A DNA stretch of 64,000 nucleotides from Takakia lepidozioides (lineage: Eukaryota; Plantae; Bryophyta): positions 27,032,001 through 27,096,000 of the forward strand of contig CM060732.1 of assembly GCA_030704615.1 (NCBI GenBank), read 5' to 3'. Under the pieces are notes generated by a model. It did no database searches and was not told the origin of the DNA. It saw only the letters and a program-made list of their open reading frames with translations. A program made the position numbers and the translations under genes. Below are positions 23,055 to 35,832 of the stretch, piece after piece (position 1 is the first letter of the stretch; the number at the start of each line of letters is the position of its first letter).

Positions 23055-25470
23055 GATGCAAGGTGCACTTCCCCTACATAGTCGATCCCCCACTTCTCAA
23101 ACGGAGCAAGGGGGAGAGTGGGAACTAACGACATTCTGAGCCTGTTATCCCGCTTGGCACACCTCTAACAAGAGTCGCATTTTCGCACATGCATGTGCGC
23201 ATCTTTGAACATGGAGGGCCAGTAGTATCCTGCCCTCAAAGCCTTCTGCACTGCGAGCCGCCCTGCAAAGTGTCCTCCGCACTTGCTATCATGGGCTGAC
23301 TCTAAAATATGGGGAACCTCCTCCAGAATGCATTGCCTCAAGAGTCCATCCAATCCCCTTCTATAAAGTTGCCCTCCCATAAGAGCAAACTTCATGTTGC
23401 GCAGTCGAAGCCTTCGTCGTGCATGTCGATCCAATCCTGGGGGAAATTCCAGGGTGCTTAAATACTGAGCTATGTGTTCATACCATGGAGGAACGGTCTC
23501 TATGGAGAACAAAAATGCATCCGGAAAGTCATCGTCAATAGGCTCGTCCCCTGTTTCCTCCGACAATCGGGAAAGTTGATCGGCTTGAGCATTAAGCCTT
23601 CCGGGCTTGTAGACTACCTTGTATTCGAATTCCTGAAGCAGAATAACCCACCTGGCTATTCTCCCCGTCAAATCGGGTTTGTTGATTAGGTATCGTAATG
23701 CCATGTGATCAACAAAAAAAGTGAAAGGTGTTTCCAACAAATAATGCCGATACTTCTTCACGGCAAAAATCATTCCCAGAGCCTCCCGCTCCGTGGTGCT
23801 ATACCTCATTTCGGCGAATGTCAGCTGTCGACTGGCGAAGGATATCGGATGATCATGGCCATCAGCATTTGGTTGGCACAGGGCACAGCCTACGGCCACC
23901 GCTGAAGCATCAACGTAAACATGGAAAGGCCTATTCCAGTCGGGAGCGGCCAAAACAAGAGCGGACACCAAGCGCTGCTTGAGTGTCTCGAAAGACTCCT
24001 GACACCCTGTATCCCAGGAAAATACCTAGTTTTTCTTCAATAATCGAGTCAGAGGTAAGGCCTCTGCTTTATGCTTGTCCATAAATTTCCTATACTACCC
24101 TGTGTGGCCAAGGAACCCTTTCACCTTAGATGATGTCTCTGGTGCGGGCAAGTCGACTATGGCGCTCACCTTTGCTGGATCTATCGCCACGCCGTCTTTG
24201 GACACTATGTGCCCTAGTAGCAGTCCATGTGTGACTGCAAACACGCACTTCATTGGGTTGAGAGAGATCCCATTCTCCCTGCACCGGATGAAGCACTCCC
24301 GTAATGCTGCAACGTGATCTTTTGCATCCCCATTGCAACAAAAGTCATCTAAGACGATGACCAAATTTCTTCTCACGATGTCTGAGAAGGCATACGTCAT
24401 GACCCTCTGAAACGTCAGGGGTGCATTGCACAGGCCAAAGGGCATCCGTGTATAGGCAAAGGTGCCCCATGGTGAAGTAATGGTGGTTTTCAACACGTCC
24501 TTTGGGTCAATCAACACCTGATTGTACCCTAAAAATCCATCCATGAAGGAGTAGAGCTCCTTCCCTGGTACTTCTTCCACCAAAGTATCTATGAATGGCA
24601 AGGGAAAATGATCCTTGTGTGTTATCTTGTTAAGGGGGCGGAAGTCCACGCATACCCTTAGGCCTCCATTCTTCTTTCGGACGATCACCATCGGAGACAC
24701 CCATGCTGATGTTTCCACCGGGAAAATAAATTCTGCGGCTATCAGCTTTTCAATCTCTGCTTTAATGAGCAGCGCCAAGTTGGGGTTCACCCTTCTCTCG
24801 CTTTGTCGTCTTGGGGTGGCTCCCGGAATCAGGGGAATGGAATGCATTGCCACGTAAGAAGACACTCCCTTCAATTCGGTGTAGGACCATGCAAAGATGT
24901 CCCGAAATTCCTTGAACAGTGTCTGCTACTCCAAGGCCTGCTCTGTTGTCAAGTGGGCTCCCACCTTCACCATCTTTGGTGACTCTCCTCCAACTGCCAT
25001 GTCGATCAATTTCGTCGTTGGTTCTGATGTGAAACACGACCTCGGCTCAAATCAAGATCCGTTTGATCCCTGCTGCAAATAAGGAATGTAGGGGGAGCTA
25101 TGTTTCATGACATCCCTTTCTAGGTCGACCTCCTCTACAATTCTCATGTCCAGAATCTCGCCATTTTCCTCCTGAGGAATCTCCTGTTCCTGCAGACCAA
25201 CCTGTTCGGCGGATATGGAAAAAAGTTCGGTCAATGATTCGAATCTGGAAGTGCCTCAGTTGATACCGAGTGTACCATCACTTCCCTGCCTTGGTTTTCC
25301 ACAACTAGGCGATGCAGTCTGCATCAGACTCGCATTCATACAATCCCGGTCCTAGAGACTTGACTGCGTCTTCTAGTCCTACCTTTCTTCGCTTAACCTC
25401 CATGTGAGGCGCGGTAGCTGTTGCTGAAACTCGGTGGGCGTGTGAGGTGTGGAGGAGCTCTCCCTCTGAC
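23055..25470 (-). mobile_element. Non-chromovirus gypsy pol fragment (RT, RNase H, integrase N-terminus), degenerate
   Basis: LRVCVDFRPLN, MDGFLGYNQ, MPFGLCNAP, VLDDF; VYVDASAVAVG, YSTTEREAL; HDSKCGGH..CDSC; WGIDYVG. Confidence 0.9.
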
Positions 25471-25474
25471 CACA

Positions 25475-26520
25475 GTGCAAGCCCGTTGGTGACCAAAATC
25501 TAGTGAGTAAGCGTGCGAGCCGGAAAGCGACCTAGGTGTGGGGAGCTGTTCCGAACTGCCAACAACCAAAGGGAATTTTCACTAGGCCCAGAGTGAGTGA
25601 GGGTCTTGTGGAGGAGCAAAGGGGGACAGTTATGTCCCGGTGTGCAACCGAAGCTCCGAGTTGGCCCGGCGGCCAGTTTGGGAGTTAGGCGCGCGCATCG
25701 GAGCGAGTAACTATGACATGAAGAGGAGCTTATCGAAGGGAGGTGCGCGACACTTGGTATCAGAGCTTAGAGTTCAGTACGCGGTCGTCCTTGATATTGG
25801 CCTCATCATAGGGTCGGGCAAGACAAAGCGAAAGCGGAACGGCCTGAAAGATGATGATCCTAGTGAGCCCGGTGGGGGCGACGTGTCACCGAAGCAGCAA
25901 TTGGAAGAGGCGATTCATGCGTATGAAAGTGAGGCCGCTCAAGAACGGGAGGAATTTTGGGAGTCGGAGCTCGAGGACGTCCGAGAGGCTCCGCCAGACC
26001 AACAGATGCCTCCCATGCTAGCAGCCTTTTGGGAAGGGTTGTTGGCGCAGTTTGGCGGGACATTGAAAGACGTGTTGAGGGCTGCTAATGCCACTTCCAC
26101 TAAGGCAAAGTTTAAGGTGAAGCCTAAGGAACCCGACACCTTTGAGGGCGTCCGAAATTGGAAGGCACTCAACACCTGGCTCTTGGAGCTAGAGCAGTAC
26201 TTCCGGGCGGCCAAGTTGAGTGACGAGGAAAGGGTGGAAGTGGCTCCCACCTATTTGAGGGGCTATGCTCAACAATGGTGGCATAAACGCCTTCATGACC
26301 AAGGTCCAAACCCAGAAACCTTGAGCTGGAGTGGGTTCAAGGAACTTATGAAAAGACAGTTTGTGCCCTCAACGTGTCTTGGCTTGCCCGAGACAATTTG
26401 AGGAATTTGAAGCAAACGGATGATATCTGGGATATGTTTAGGCTTTCAATGTGCTGTTGCTCGAAGTCGCGGATATGGCAGAACCAGAAATGGTCTTCAA
26501 CTTTGTGGCGGGACTGGCTA
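25475..26520 (+). mobile_element. Chromovirus 5' LTR remnant, tRNA-Met PBS and gag
   Basis: 25475-25752 is homologous to 34334-34600 and ends in GCGACA; PBS TGGTATCAGAGC at 25755-25766; gag KPKEPDTFEG..WLLELEQYF..YLRGYAQQWW. Confidence 0.9.
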
Positions 26521-27333
26521 CTGTGGTCCCAGCAAGCCTGCCCCCGTTAACGTTACCCAAGCATTTGCCTTGGTTTTCCGAGGAAGCACATGAAAACCCA
26601 GAGTATCATGTGAAAAACTTTATTCAGTGTTGCTATTCTAACCAAGCGGTAAACGATGTCTATTGGTTGATATGGTTTCCCACGACCATGAGCAACCCGG
26701 TGTGCGGGGCTCCACCTAGTGAGCACCTTTGCCTCCTTGAGTGCCTTGGGCACTCAAGGGTGCTTCAGCCCCCGTACCTATTGTTGCCACTGCCCCCACC
26801 ACAGGGGCAGCCCCTCTTGTGTCCCGCCCCCCCTGCCCTCAAGGCAAAGGGCCGTGACAGGCAGGCTTACCATAAAGTCCATCGAAACACTCTCCCAACA
26901 TCCTCCTGGGATGGGCAAGGGTAGTAACAGCCCCGCTTGCTTTTTGTACTCGCTCCGGTTTTGTTGGCAAGTGGTGCATGTCTTGACATACTCCTCGACA
27001 TCATCCCTTAGTTTGGGCCAGAAATACTTTTTCTTCAAGAGTGCCGCGGTGCACTTGGCCCGCAAGCGGACCATCATGGCATTCCCTCAAGAGACTATCT
27101 CCGAGCCCTCTGAAAGGGATACCACCTGAGATCTGCCAGCATAAGATCGAACTGGAACCAGGAGCTTCCGCCATCCGCTACTTTAATTCGGCAAAAGCTT
27201 GGCCACGAAAGTTGTTCCACACCCATACCTTGGACTTATACAAGAGATCGGATAACGGCCCCGCAATCTTGGCGAAATTCCTCACGTACTTTCGGTAGTA
27301 GGAGGCGAGTCCTAGAAAGGATCGCACTCCCGG
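26520..27333. mobile_element. Patchwork of short gypsy fragments in alternating orientation
   Basis: Gag piece of another lineage (+, about 26520-26690); LTR 5' end (-, 26692-26859); integrase (-, 26860-27065); RT N-terminus LKGIPPEICQHKIELEPG (+, about 27100-27165); RT-RH linker VRSFLGLASYYRK (-, about 27165-27333). Confidence 0.75.
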
Positions 27334-27512
27334 TGTCACGGACATAAATAAAACTACCATAATCTACACCACATATTTACGACCTTCTTACAAGCTTCTA
27401 GAAACTTCATTTTATAACTTTCTAGCTCCTTCTAGAATATCCCTAAGCTAGCTAGGAAACTTCCCTAGAAACTTCTTTCGACATAAAGAAACTTCTTAGG
27501 AAGTTTCCTCTA

Positions 27513-28022
27513 TAAGTTACATGAGAGGGGGTTTTACTTGAAGGGGTTGCAATAAGAGGGGTTACACGCGTTGGGAACCCGAGTTACACGAGAGGGTTAT
27601 ATGTGGTGGAATTACAGGGGCGGGGGTTACAATATTTGGGGTTACACGACATAAAGCTAGTGGAGGTGGGGTTACAGGAGAGGAGGAAAGGATTACAAGC
27701 GTTGGGGTTACATGAACCCGGGGTTACACGATCTAGAGCTAGAGGAGGCGGAGTTACACAGGTTCGGGTTACAAGATAGGGGTTACACGAGGAGGGATTA
27801 CAAGCGTTGGGGTTACACGAACTGAGGTTACACGTGGAGGGGCTACATGGCCGGAGGTTACACGATCTGGAGCTAGAGGAAGGGGGGTACACGGGATGGG
27901 GATTACATGAACCTGGTTACACGAGACGGGGTTATACGGTCTTGGGCTACATGAACCTGGGTTACACGATACGGGGTTCACAGTCGGGATAACAAAGAGG
28001 GGTTACACGAGGTGGGGTTAAG
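27513..28022 (+). repeat. Degenerate minisatellite built on a GGGTTACA core
   Basis: Roughly 30 copies of GG(G)TTACA(CG) and variants separated by short G-rich spacers. Confidence 0.9.
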
Positions 28023-28056
28023 GGGGAGGGAACTGGGGTGATATGGGAGTGTTTAA

Positions 28057-28879
28057 CCCTTAAGTTCCCAAGCCTTTTTTTGACTTTTTACCAATTTTGG
28101 GTACCCAGCTGCAGTAAATTGCCCCTAGAAACCTACCAAGAATCATCCAGAGATTCCAGCCTTATAGCAGTGGGCCCAGCTCATTTATGCATGACATACC
28201 AGAAAATGAGCCAAGTCCACCGTGGAAATTGTGAGATTATAACATTGGCCCGGACCTCAAATATCAGGTCCCAAAGAAAAAGTGAGAAAGAAATTGGTTT
28301 GACCAAATCAAAACCTAGCTTTATCCAATTTTGCTTGCCCCAAGACCCACCATTTCCAAATCAATAGTGGAGTGGCTATGACCCCACTAAATTGCAGGTC
28401 CAATTGATTTTTTCACTTATGGTTGCTTTGCATGCAATCACATAGGGGTTGAAATCTCAAAATTGACAAGAGAAAATGTGCCTCCAAATGAAGTACTTTT
28501 TTTTCTACAAATTTTTTAAAAACCAATGGTGGATGTGTGTATGTAATGCTCACACACCACAAGGTGAAGTGCTTTTTCTAAAATTGCTCATTTTCTGCCA
28601 AAAATGGCCTTTGGAGTGCAATCTGTTTTGGGCTTGTTTACCTGCCACGTCAGCGGTCAACAAGCCCTTTTCAGGCCCAAAACGTAAATGAGAGATCTAA
28701 GATATTTTTTGTAGGTCATAGCTTTTGTTTTTTTTCAATTTTGTTTTTAGCATCATACTCCAGACAAATCCTTTGTCATTAAAGCTTCAGGAGTGGGGCC
28801 CATCAGATTAGATCTGCAAAAATTTGGTCGAACTGCAAATTCAAAGTGACCCGATTCAGGTCGCTTGGGAACTTAAGGG
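28057..28879. mobile_element. MITE with 17-bp TIRs flanked by TTAA (piggyBac-like ends)
   Basis: TTAA|CCCTTAAGTTCCCAAGC (28057-28073) and GCTTGGGAACTTAAGGG|TTAA (28863-28879) are perfect inverted repeats; no coding capacity. Confidence 0.8.
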
Positions 28880-30419
28880 TTAAACATGTTACAGGTCAAG
28901 CCACCAGCTTTGCAGTCCAAGCTTTGCAAGGACTCCCTCAATTCTTGGGCGAAGTGAGTTTTCTGAAACAGATGTAAGTATGCTTGTTGATCATCTCAGT
29001 GCAGCAGTGTCTATTTTCTGACACCGCTCTGTCCTCCATCTTTTTCCTGGCCTTCATAGTGGCATACCACATGCCGGCATCAGTATTACAAATGTTTGAG
29101 AGCAGGAGCTGTGTTTCTACTTTGAAAGAAATTTCGCTGGACACTCTGCTCAGTTTGATAGAGCCATAAATTTTGCAATCACCAAGCAAGGCCCCCCTGA
29201 TGTTGAATCATCTGGTCTTCTTTTGGCATTTTTGTTAATGAATGGCTCTGCCTCTTCCAATCACCCTACATGTCTACCAGTGTTGGTCTGGCATGGGACT
29301 GAGCACCTAGTATCATCCCTGGTACGAGAGTTTAAACCAGCAGCCCAGAGTCCCAGATCTGAAGAAAACTGTGGAAAAAAATCCTTTTCTATCACAAAGG
29401 GGTAATGTTTTTGAGCATGGTATCACAAAATGCAATTACTAGACCAACACTGGTGTCCACCTTGCAGCGGGCATGTAGCCTTCATCTACTAGACCCACAT
29501 GACTACAGGACGTACCAACTGCACCCTCGTTGAGAATATCCCACCATCATGAATACAAATCTCAACAAATGGAACTAATGGAAAGAAATTTGCAGGAATG
29601 GAAAGAAGAGGAAACACATGTAAACAAAAGATTTAATGCAAGCAGAACGAAACATGTCCAGTAAGTTAAAAGGTTGTACTTAAGGATACTCCGTAATGCA
29701 TGAGATTGGGCTTGGAAGGAGATCTGGGGATGGAAAATATATTCTCCATCACTACAACAATGACACAGGGAGCGATTGACACCATTCTATTTTCTGAATG
29801 GGGCTTGGCACTACTAGCCCACCAATCAACACGCACAAACAACTCCTCCCAGCTTGGGACTGGGCCTTCGGTTTTCTTCACAATCGCCCGCATGAGTTGC
29901 ATCAAATTCCAGGTGGCATCTGATGCCTGGTTCTCCACCCAACTATCATTATTGAGCTTCATCCTGTCCTCCCTCCACTCATCCCCTGCCAAAGCCTCTC
30001 TCATTTTCACCTCCTACTCATGTTGGAAACCGAGAAACCCCACAAGCCCATATTGACCATACGCCCTTTGCAAGCTCATTATGGTTTGCTCGATAAAATA
30101 ATCTCGCACCAACTCCTGCATAGCTTCAGGGCCTCCTGTCCTGGATACTTGGATCCTAAGCAATGCATTCTAAGCATCCAAAGCCTCAAAACCACACTCA
30201 CCCAAAACTGAGTGTAGTCTGCCAATTTGTAAATTCTGTTTTCAAAAATCAAGAGGACAAAAAGTTCTTCCCGTACACTAAGTGAACAGCCATGACACAC
30301 TTTGTATTTACATTGGTTTGGCTTAATCAGTGTTGGCCTCATGGAACTGAGGGACGTATCCAAGAATGCAGCCAAGAACAAAGAGAGAGAGACAAGGACA
30401 TAAACTCCTTTTGAGCCAC

Positions 30420-30945
30420 GCTGAAACCAGATGGTTCTCACTCATTAACGCCGGCACCTACCAAGGCCGGCCTCCAGACCACACTGTGCCATCATGGCTA
30501 CTCCCATGTACGTGTCTCCGCTCACCATGTACATGCCCCGCCAGACTCTGCTATGATATTTTACTTGTTCAAGGCCTACCCATTGGCACCTTGCCCCCCA
30601 CCGCACCATCCTACAACTCACCATACACTTCATTGAATTTAATTACTGCCACAATCGCTATCCCAATGATTACATCTTGGACAAACGACAAAAATACGCT
30701 CCACTCATCATTGCACTACGCCACAGGGGCTGGGCCACCGACCCACTCATCATTATCACTACTGGAACTAGAGGCGACATCCATAACGCCAGTATCAACA
30801 CTTTACATAGCAACTTCAAAATCCCCATCCCCCCTAAACACAAATATTTTAAAACAATCCACCTCACGACTCTCCGATCCTTTACAACTATTATCACCAA
30901 CAAACGGAAACTGGAATCTAACTCTACGCCGGAGCCATAAAGTAC
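30420..30945 (+). mobile_element. 3' fragment of a non-LTR retrotransposon with a restriction-like endonuclease (RLE) domain
   Basis: Frameshifted reading ARLCYDILLV..HFIEFNYCHNR..KRQKYAPLIIALRHRGW..PLIIITTGTRGDIH matches the RPD..(D/E)..K..KY..L..GW..G.RG pattern of RLE C-termini. Confidence 0.6.
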
Positions 30946-30989
30946 CCCAGGGTACCATTTGTACCTCTCTACCCGCGGCTACCTAGTGT

Positions 30990-33888
30990 CCCACATGACA
31001 CGGTTGAGCCATAGAGAGTTGGTTGAGTTGAAGACTCAGCTCAAGGATCTAATGTCAAAGGGGTACATCCGGCCGAGTAAGTCACCTTACGGAGCCCTTG
31101 TGCTATTCGCAGACAAGAAGGATGGGACGCTGCGGATGTGTGTCAATTACAGGGCCCTGAATAAGGTGACTATAAAAAACCGGTACCTTTTGCCAATGAT
31201 CAACGACCTTTTCGATCGGTTGGCAGAAGCGAAGTATTTCAGCCGGATCGATTTGCGCTCCGGCTATCATCAAATTTGAGTGGCGGAAGGAGATGAGGAG
31301 AAGACCGCGTGTAGGACAAGATATGGTTCGTACGAGTTCTTGGTAATGCCTTTTGGGCTCACCAACGCACCCGTGACCTTTAGCACGCCGATGAACTGTC
31401 TTTTCCAGGAGTGGTTGGATGACTTTGTGATCGTGTACATCGACGACTTCTTGGTGTACTCGAAAACAAAGGAGGAACACTTGGAGCACCTCAAAAAGAT
31501 GTTCCAGAAATTGCGGGAAGGGAAGCTGTATGCCAAAGCTTCAAAGTGCGAATTCGGGGTCACAAAAGTGGAGTTCCTGGGGCACGTGATTACACAGGAT
31601 GGGATCAAAATGGATGGCAGAAAGGTGAGGGCGATCTTGGACTAGGAGCCTCCGACTTCGGTCCCGGGAGTGCGATCCTTCTTAGGACTCGCCTCATATT
31701 ACCGGAAGTATGTGAGAAATTTCGCCAAGATCGCGGGGCCGCTGTCAGACCTCCTGTGTAAATCCAAAGTCTGGGTATGGAACACCTTTTGTGGCCAGCT
31801 TTTGCCGAGTTGAAGCAGCGGATGGCGGAAGCTCCAGTCCTCAAAATTCCGGAGTTCGACCGTCCATTTGAAATCCATACAGATGCGTCGGACTTCGCAA
31901 TTGGGGGTGTACTCATGCAGGATGGACGTCCAGAGGCATACGAAAGTAAGAAATTGAATGAAGTGGAGCGACGGTGGCCTACGCACGAGAAAGAAATGAA
32001 GGTGGTGGTGCATTGCCTTGAGCTTTGGCGCCACTATATTGGTTCCAACCCGGTGAAGGTATTCACGGATAATGTCACAGTGAAATATTTTGCCACGCAG
32101 CCTAAGTTGTCCCCAAAACAAATTAGGTGGCAAGACACTTTGGCACTGTTTGACGTGGATATCCAGTACAAACCGGCACGAGACAATGTGGTGGCCGATG
32201 CTTTAAGTAGAAAGCAGCAGCTCATGTTGGTGTATAAGGGCGAGACGGCGCTCCAAGGAAGATCCGGAAGGCTTACCGGAAGGATGAGATGGCGAAGTCC
32301 GTGATGCGGGACTTGAGGATGGGGGTTAAGTCACAGTTTCACTTGCAAAATGGACTGCTCCGGTATAAGCAAAAGCGTCTCTACGTACCGAAGGGAGGGA
32401 TCAGCAAGACATTGAGGAACCGGCAGTAGCAGCGGTGCTAGAGGAACGCGAACGTTTATTGAAGCTCACAAAGTACAACATTGCCAAAGCCAGGAAACGG
32501 TATGAACGGCAGGCGAATCGGAAGCGGAGGAAAGTTAAGTTTGAGGCAGGCACGGAGGTTTGGTTGAACATCAAGAATTTTCGACTACCTCCGGAAGTGA
32601 GTCCGAAGTTTGTACCTCCGTATGCGGGGCCCTTTTGCATCCGGAAGGTTATGAATGAGGATATATGAATTGGAGCTGCCGGAAAATAGCAAGGTGCATC
32701 CGGTATTCCACGTCTCCTTTTTGAAGCTTTACTTCAAATATGAAGCGCGTCCGAATCGGCATCAAATGTTGCGTCCACCACCTGTGCTGTTGGACCATGA
32801 AAATGAATCTGAGTACGAGGTGGAGGCAGTGCTTAAGTCGAGGAGGTTCAAGAATCGAGAAACGGAGTATCTCGTGAAATGGAAAGGCTATCATCATGTA
32901 GAGGCATCTTGGGTGCGTGCCTCAGAAATGGGAAACGCATCCGAGGTGGTTGCAGCTTTCAAAGGGCGACCTCAAAAGCAAAAGAAGCGTTGATGGGGAC
33001 ATCAACCTTGGAGCGTGGGGGAGGAAATGCATGTTTAGCCCAGCTTAGCTAGCTCAAGAATCCGATTGCAAAAACTTGTACTGTACAAATTTTGTTATAA
33101 ATGAAACGGTTCCCAAATGTTGTGCGTCCTATTTTGTTTGGAATGGTGATGCATGGTTTGTTTGGCTAATGTGTAGAATGCATGCTAGCTTACAAAAGTG
33201 GGAGAGGTAAATTGGATTAATTGTGTGTTTGTGTAGTGCCGAAATAGGGTGACTCCCATCCAAGGGGCAAGGAAACTTGCGCATTTCTTTGGGAGTTCAC
33301 GTGCTAGTGCGCACCTGGCGCGTGCGCGTACTATAACTGCGCTTACTGAGGGGGTTGCCTTGTAGTGCGGGCTAACGCGGAAGCTACGTGCTTCCGTTCA
33401 CGTACTATAATCGTACGAAGTCGTAGTGCGGCTTTGGCGTGTTCCCGTACCTCAGGCCAGCATTCCAAGGCGGACCCAATTGTAGTGATTGGGGCGCACG
33501 GTTGGTTCAAGGTTATCTTCCTAGTCAAAAAGGGTTCAAGGCGAACCCTTGCTCAAGGTGATGCTAAAAACGGCATCACGAGCGGTCGCAAGCAATGTTG
33601 TTGCAGTAAGGCGATTCGATCCTTGAGGAGGATCGTTCCTTGGCCTTGAAGTGGGCCAAGAAGAGTGCACTAGGAGGAGCTTGAGAAGCTCCGCCCTTTG
33701 CCGAGACTTGGAGGAAGTCGGCCAAACTAGCTAGTGGAGAGTAGAGTCAAGTGAGAATTTGGTTCTTTGCTATGGGACGCCATGGTACGGAAACAAACTC
33801 CTTGATGTGGGACGCCACAACTTGGATGTTAGTTTCTACAAAATGGACAAGTCGATGAGGACATCGACTCCCTGTTGGTAGGGGTGTG
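30990..33888 (+). mobile_element. Chromovirus (Tcn1/Galadriel-like) pol: RT, RNase H, internally deleted integrase, chromodomain, 3' UTR, PPT
   Basis: [43 protein letters not shown]; integrase core missing at about 32400; chromodomain EYEVEAVLKSR..YLVKWKGY..ASW; stops and frameshifts. Confidence 0.92.
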
Positions 33889-34600
33889 TGTCGCGGCCCT
33901 TCGCCTTGAGGGCAGGGGGTCGGGACACGAGAGGGGCTGCCCCTGTGGTGGGGGCAGTGGCAAAAATAGATGCGGGGGCTGAAGCACCCTTGAGTGCCCA
34001 AGGCACTCAAGGAGGCGAAGGCGCTTACTAGGTGGAGCCCCGCACACCGGGTTGCGGTGGGGGTGGTTCCACGAGGGGTGGTGGTAGCTTAGTGGGACTT
34101 AGTGGGACTTAGTGGGGTTGGCATAGGACTCACCATGGGGGCGGAGACCTTGTGGTGGGAGTCGTGGGGAGTCTTGGGACTCATCACGGTCCAATGGGAC
34201 CGTGGTGGGTGGGCCAAGACTCACCGGGAGTCGAGGGTTTTCGTGGTGGTTCGCCATAAAATGGCATGGTTGTTTGTGAAACCCCCGCGGATAGTCACAG
34301 AAGTATATATAGGGAGTAGTAACCCCAAGAACGGTGCAAGCCCGTTGGTGACCAAAAACTAGTGAGTAAGCGAGCGACTAAGGAGTGGGGAGCTAATCCG
34401 GACTGCCATCTACCAAAGGGAGTTTTCACTAGGCCCAAATTGATGGAGGGGTCTTTCGGTAGAGTAAAGGGGGACCGTTATGTCCCGGTGAGCAGCCGAA
34501 GCTCCGAGTTGGCCCGACGGCCAGGTTGGGAGTTAGGCGCGCGCATCAAAGCGAGTAACTATGACTTGAAGGGGAGCTTACTGAAGTGAGGTGCACGACA
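33889..34600 (+). repeat. 3' LTR of the chromovirus (712 bp)
   Basis: TGTCG...CGACA termini preceded by a G-rich tract; homologous to 25475-25752 and, in reverse, to 26692-26859. Confidence 0.88.
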
Positions 34601-35589
34601 TCTAGTTTGCAATCACCCTTCGGCCGGAGTCTTCTCTTTCTCTGCAAGAAAGCTAGGAGTCTCATGAAGACTACAAGTAGTGAGAAGGCTACAAGCCAAC
34701 TGCAGCCACGAGTATGCCCGGAGCAACGAAGAGGCTCGCTACAAAGGAAAGAGAGACAACGAGGTTTGTTGCCCTCGTTAGCCGCTAGAAAACATCCACT
34801 TCCAACTGGAATAGCCTTTGAGACGAAGTGACACCATAAGTGACATTTGCTTCGACATATAGTGACAATTACTATGCACTACATCTTGTAGAACAATTGG
34901 ACGAGAAGTGTGTTGTGCTCCTTGGGTATTTTGGATGTATGAGAGGCTTGTTGGATTTATTGGCAACCAATTGAAGGCCGCCAATGATGTTTTGAAAGAG
35001 GTGCAGATGAGAATTGGAACAACTCCAACTCCAATATTTTTCATGTGAGTAAAAAATTGTAGTAGAAAGTGCTTAGAAAATTTGATGACCTCCTTGCCAG
35101 AAGTTGAAAAGTAGATATTTTATATAAAGGTAGTGAGAGAAGAGAGAGAGGACTCCGGCCGAAGCCGGCCAGGTAGACAATCAAACAGATCCAAACAATG
35201 CCCATGTAAGAAAATAAAAATAAAATGCCCCCTAGGTAGGTCTAATCGTATCATCCCATATGAAACACATGAACGTTTAGATTGCAAATTGTGGCAAATA
35301 TTCCACCCTCCAAGTTTTGTGTTAAATCCTCCGATCCAAAAGTTATGCGTGTTGCAGCCCTCCATTGCAAGGCTCTTAGGTTTCATTGTGAAAGCAATTG
35401 AGAAGCTGAAGAGAAAAACCTGAGTGGGAAACTCGGCGGAACGAGGCCTTCTCAAAAAATAATGAATCATATTCTCGTGAGAGGTTATTTGAGAAACGAC
35501 AAGTCAAATTTTCCACATAGATGAATCTAATAACTTTCCCCATAGAACCTCATTGTGCCTAGTGGAATAATGTCGCCCTACAGTGTAAT

Positions 35590-35832
35590 TTTATTTATTA
35601 TTTATTTATTTAATTTTGAAAAGGAAACCTGGGAGCTACTGCTCACAATTTAGGCCCTTGAGGACGGGAAAAAATTAACCCCCTTTCAGATAAGTGCCAT
35701 TAGGCACACAGGTGGAAACGTCACCACCAGACCAGCCGGTCACAAACAATCACACACCAGGCAGGGCAGCAGGTTTGAACCCCGAACCACCAGGGCGACA
35801 CACTGTGCACTTACCAGCTGAGCTACCAGCTG
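35590..35832 (-). mobile_element. tRNA-derived SINE
   Basis: Minus strand has A-box TAGCTCAGCTGGTA and B-box GGTTCAAACC at tRNA spacing, a non-tRNA body and an (AAAT)n/A-rich tail at about 35590-35615. Confidence 0.75.

Noticed and set aside
27584-27981. CNP-repeat ORFs
   Set aside because: Translation artefact of the GGGTTACA minisatellite.
27513-28022. CRISPR-like repeat-spacer pattern
   Set aside because: Core is only about 8 bp, spacers are related to each other, no cas genes, eukaryotic context.
28890-30360. Minus-strand ORF pieces resembling exons of a decayed gene
   Set aside because: Could not assemble a consistent model or recognise a family.
25475-34600. Single intact chromovirus bounded by two LTRs
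   Set aside because: The two LTR sequences are visibly diverged and the interior is broken by unrelated inserts with protease missing; they may come from different copies.
35760-35832. Functional tRNA gene
   Set aside because: A and B boxes are present but acceptor and anticodon stems do not pair convincingly, and an A-rich tail follows; called a SINE.
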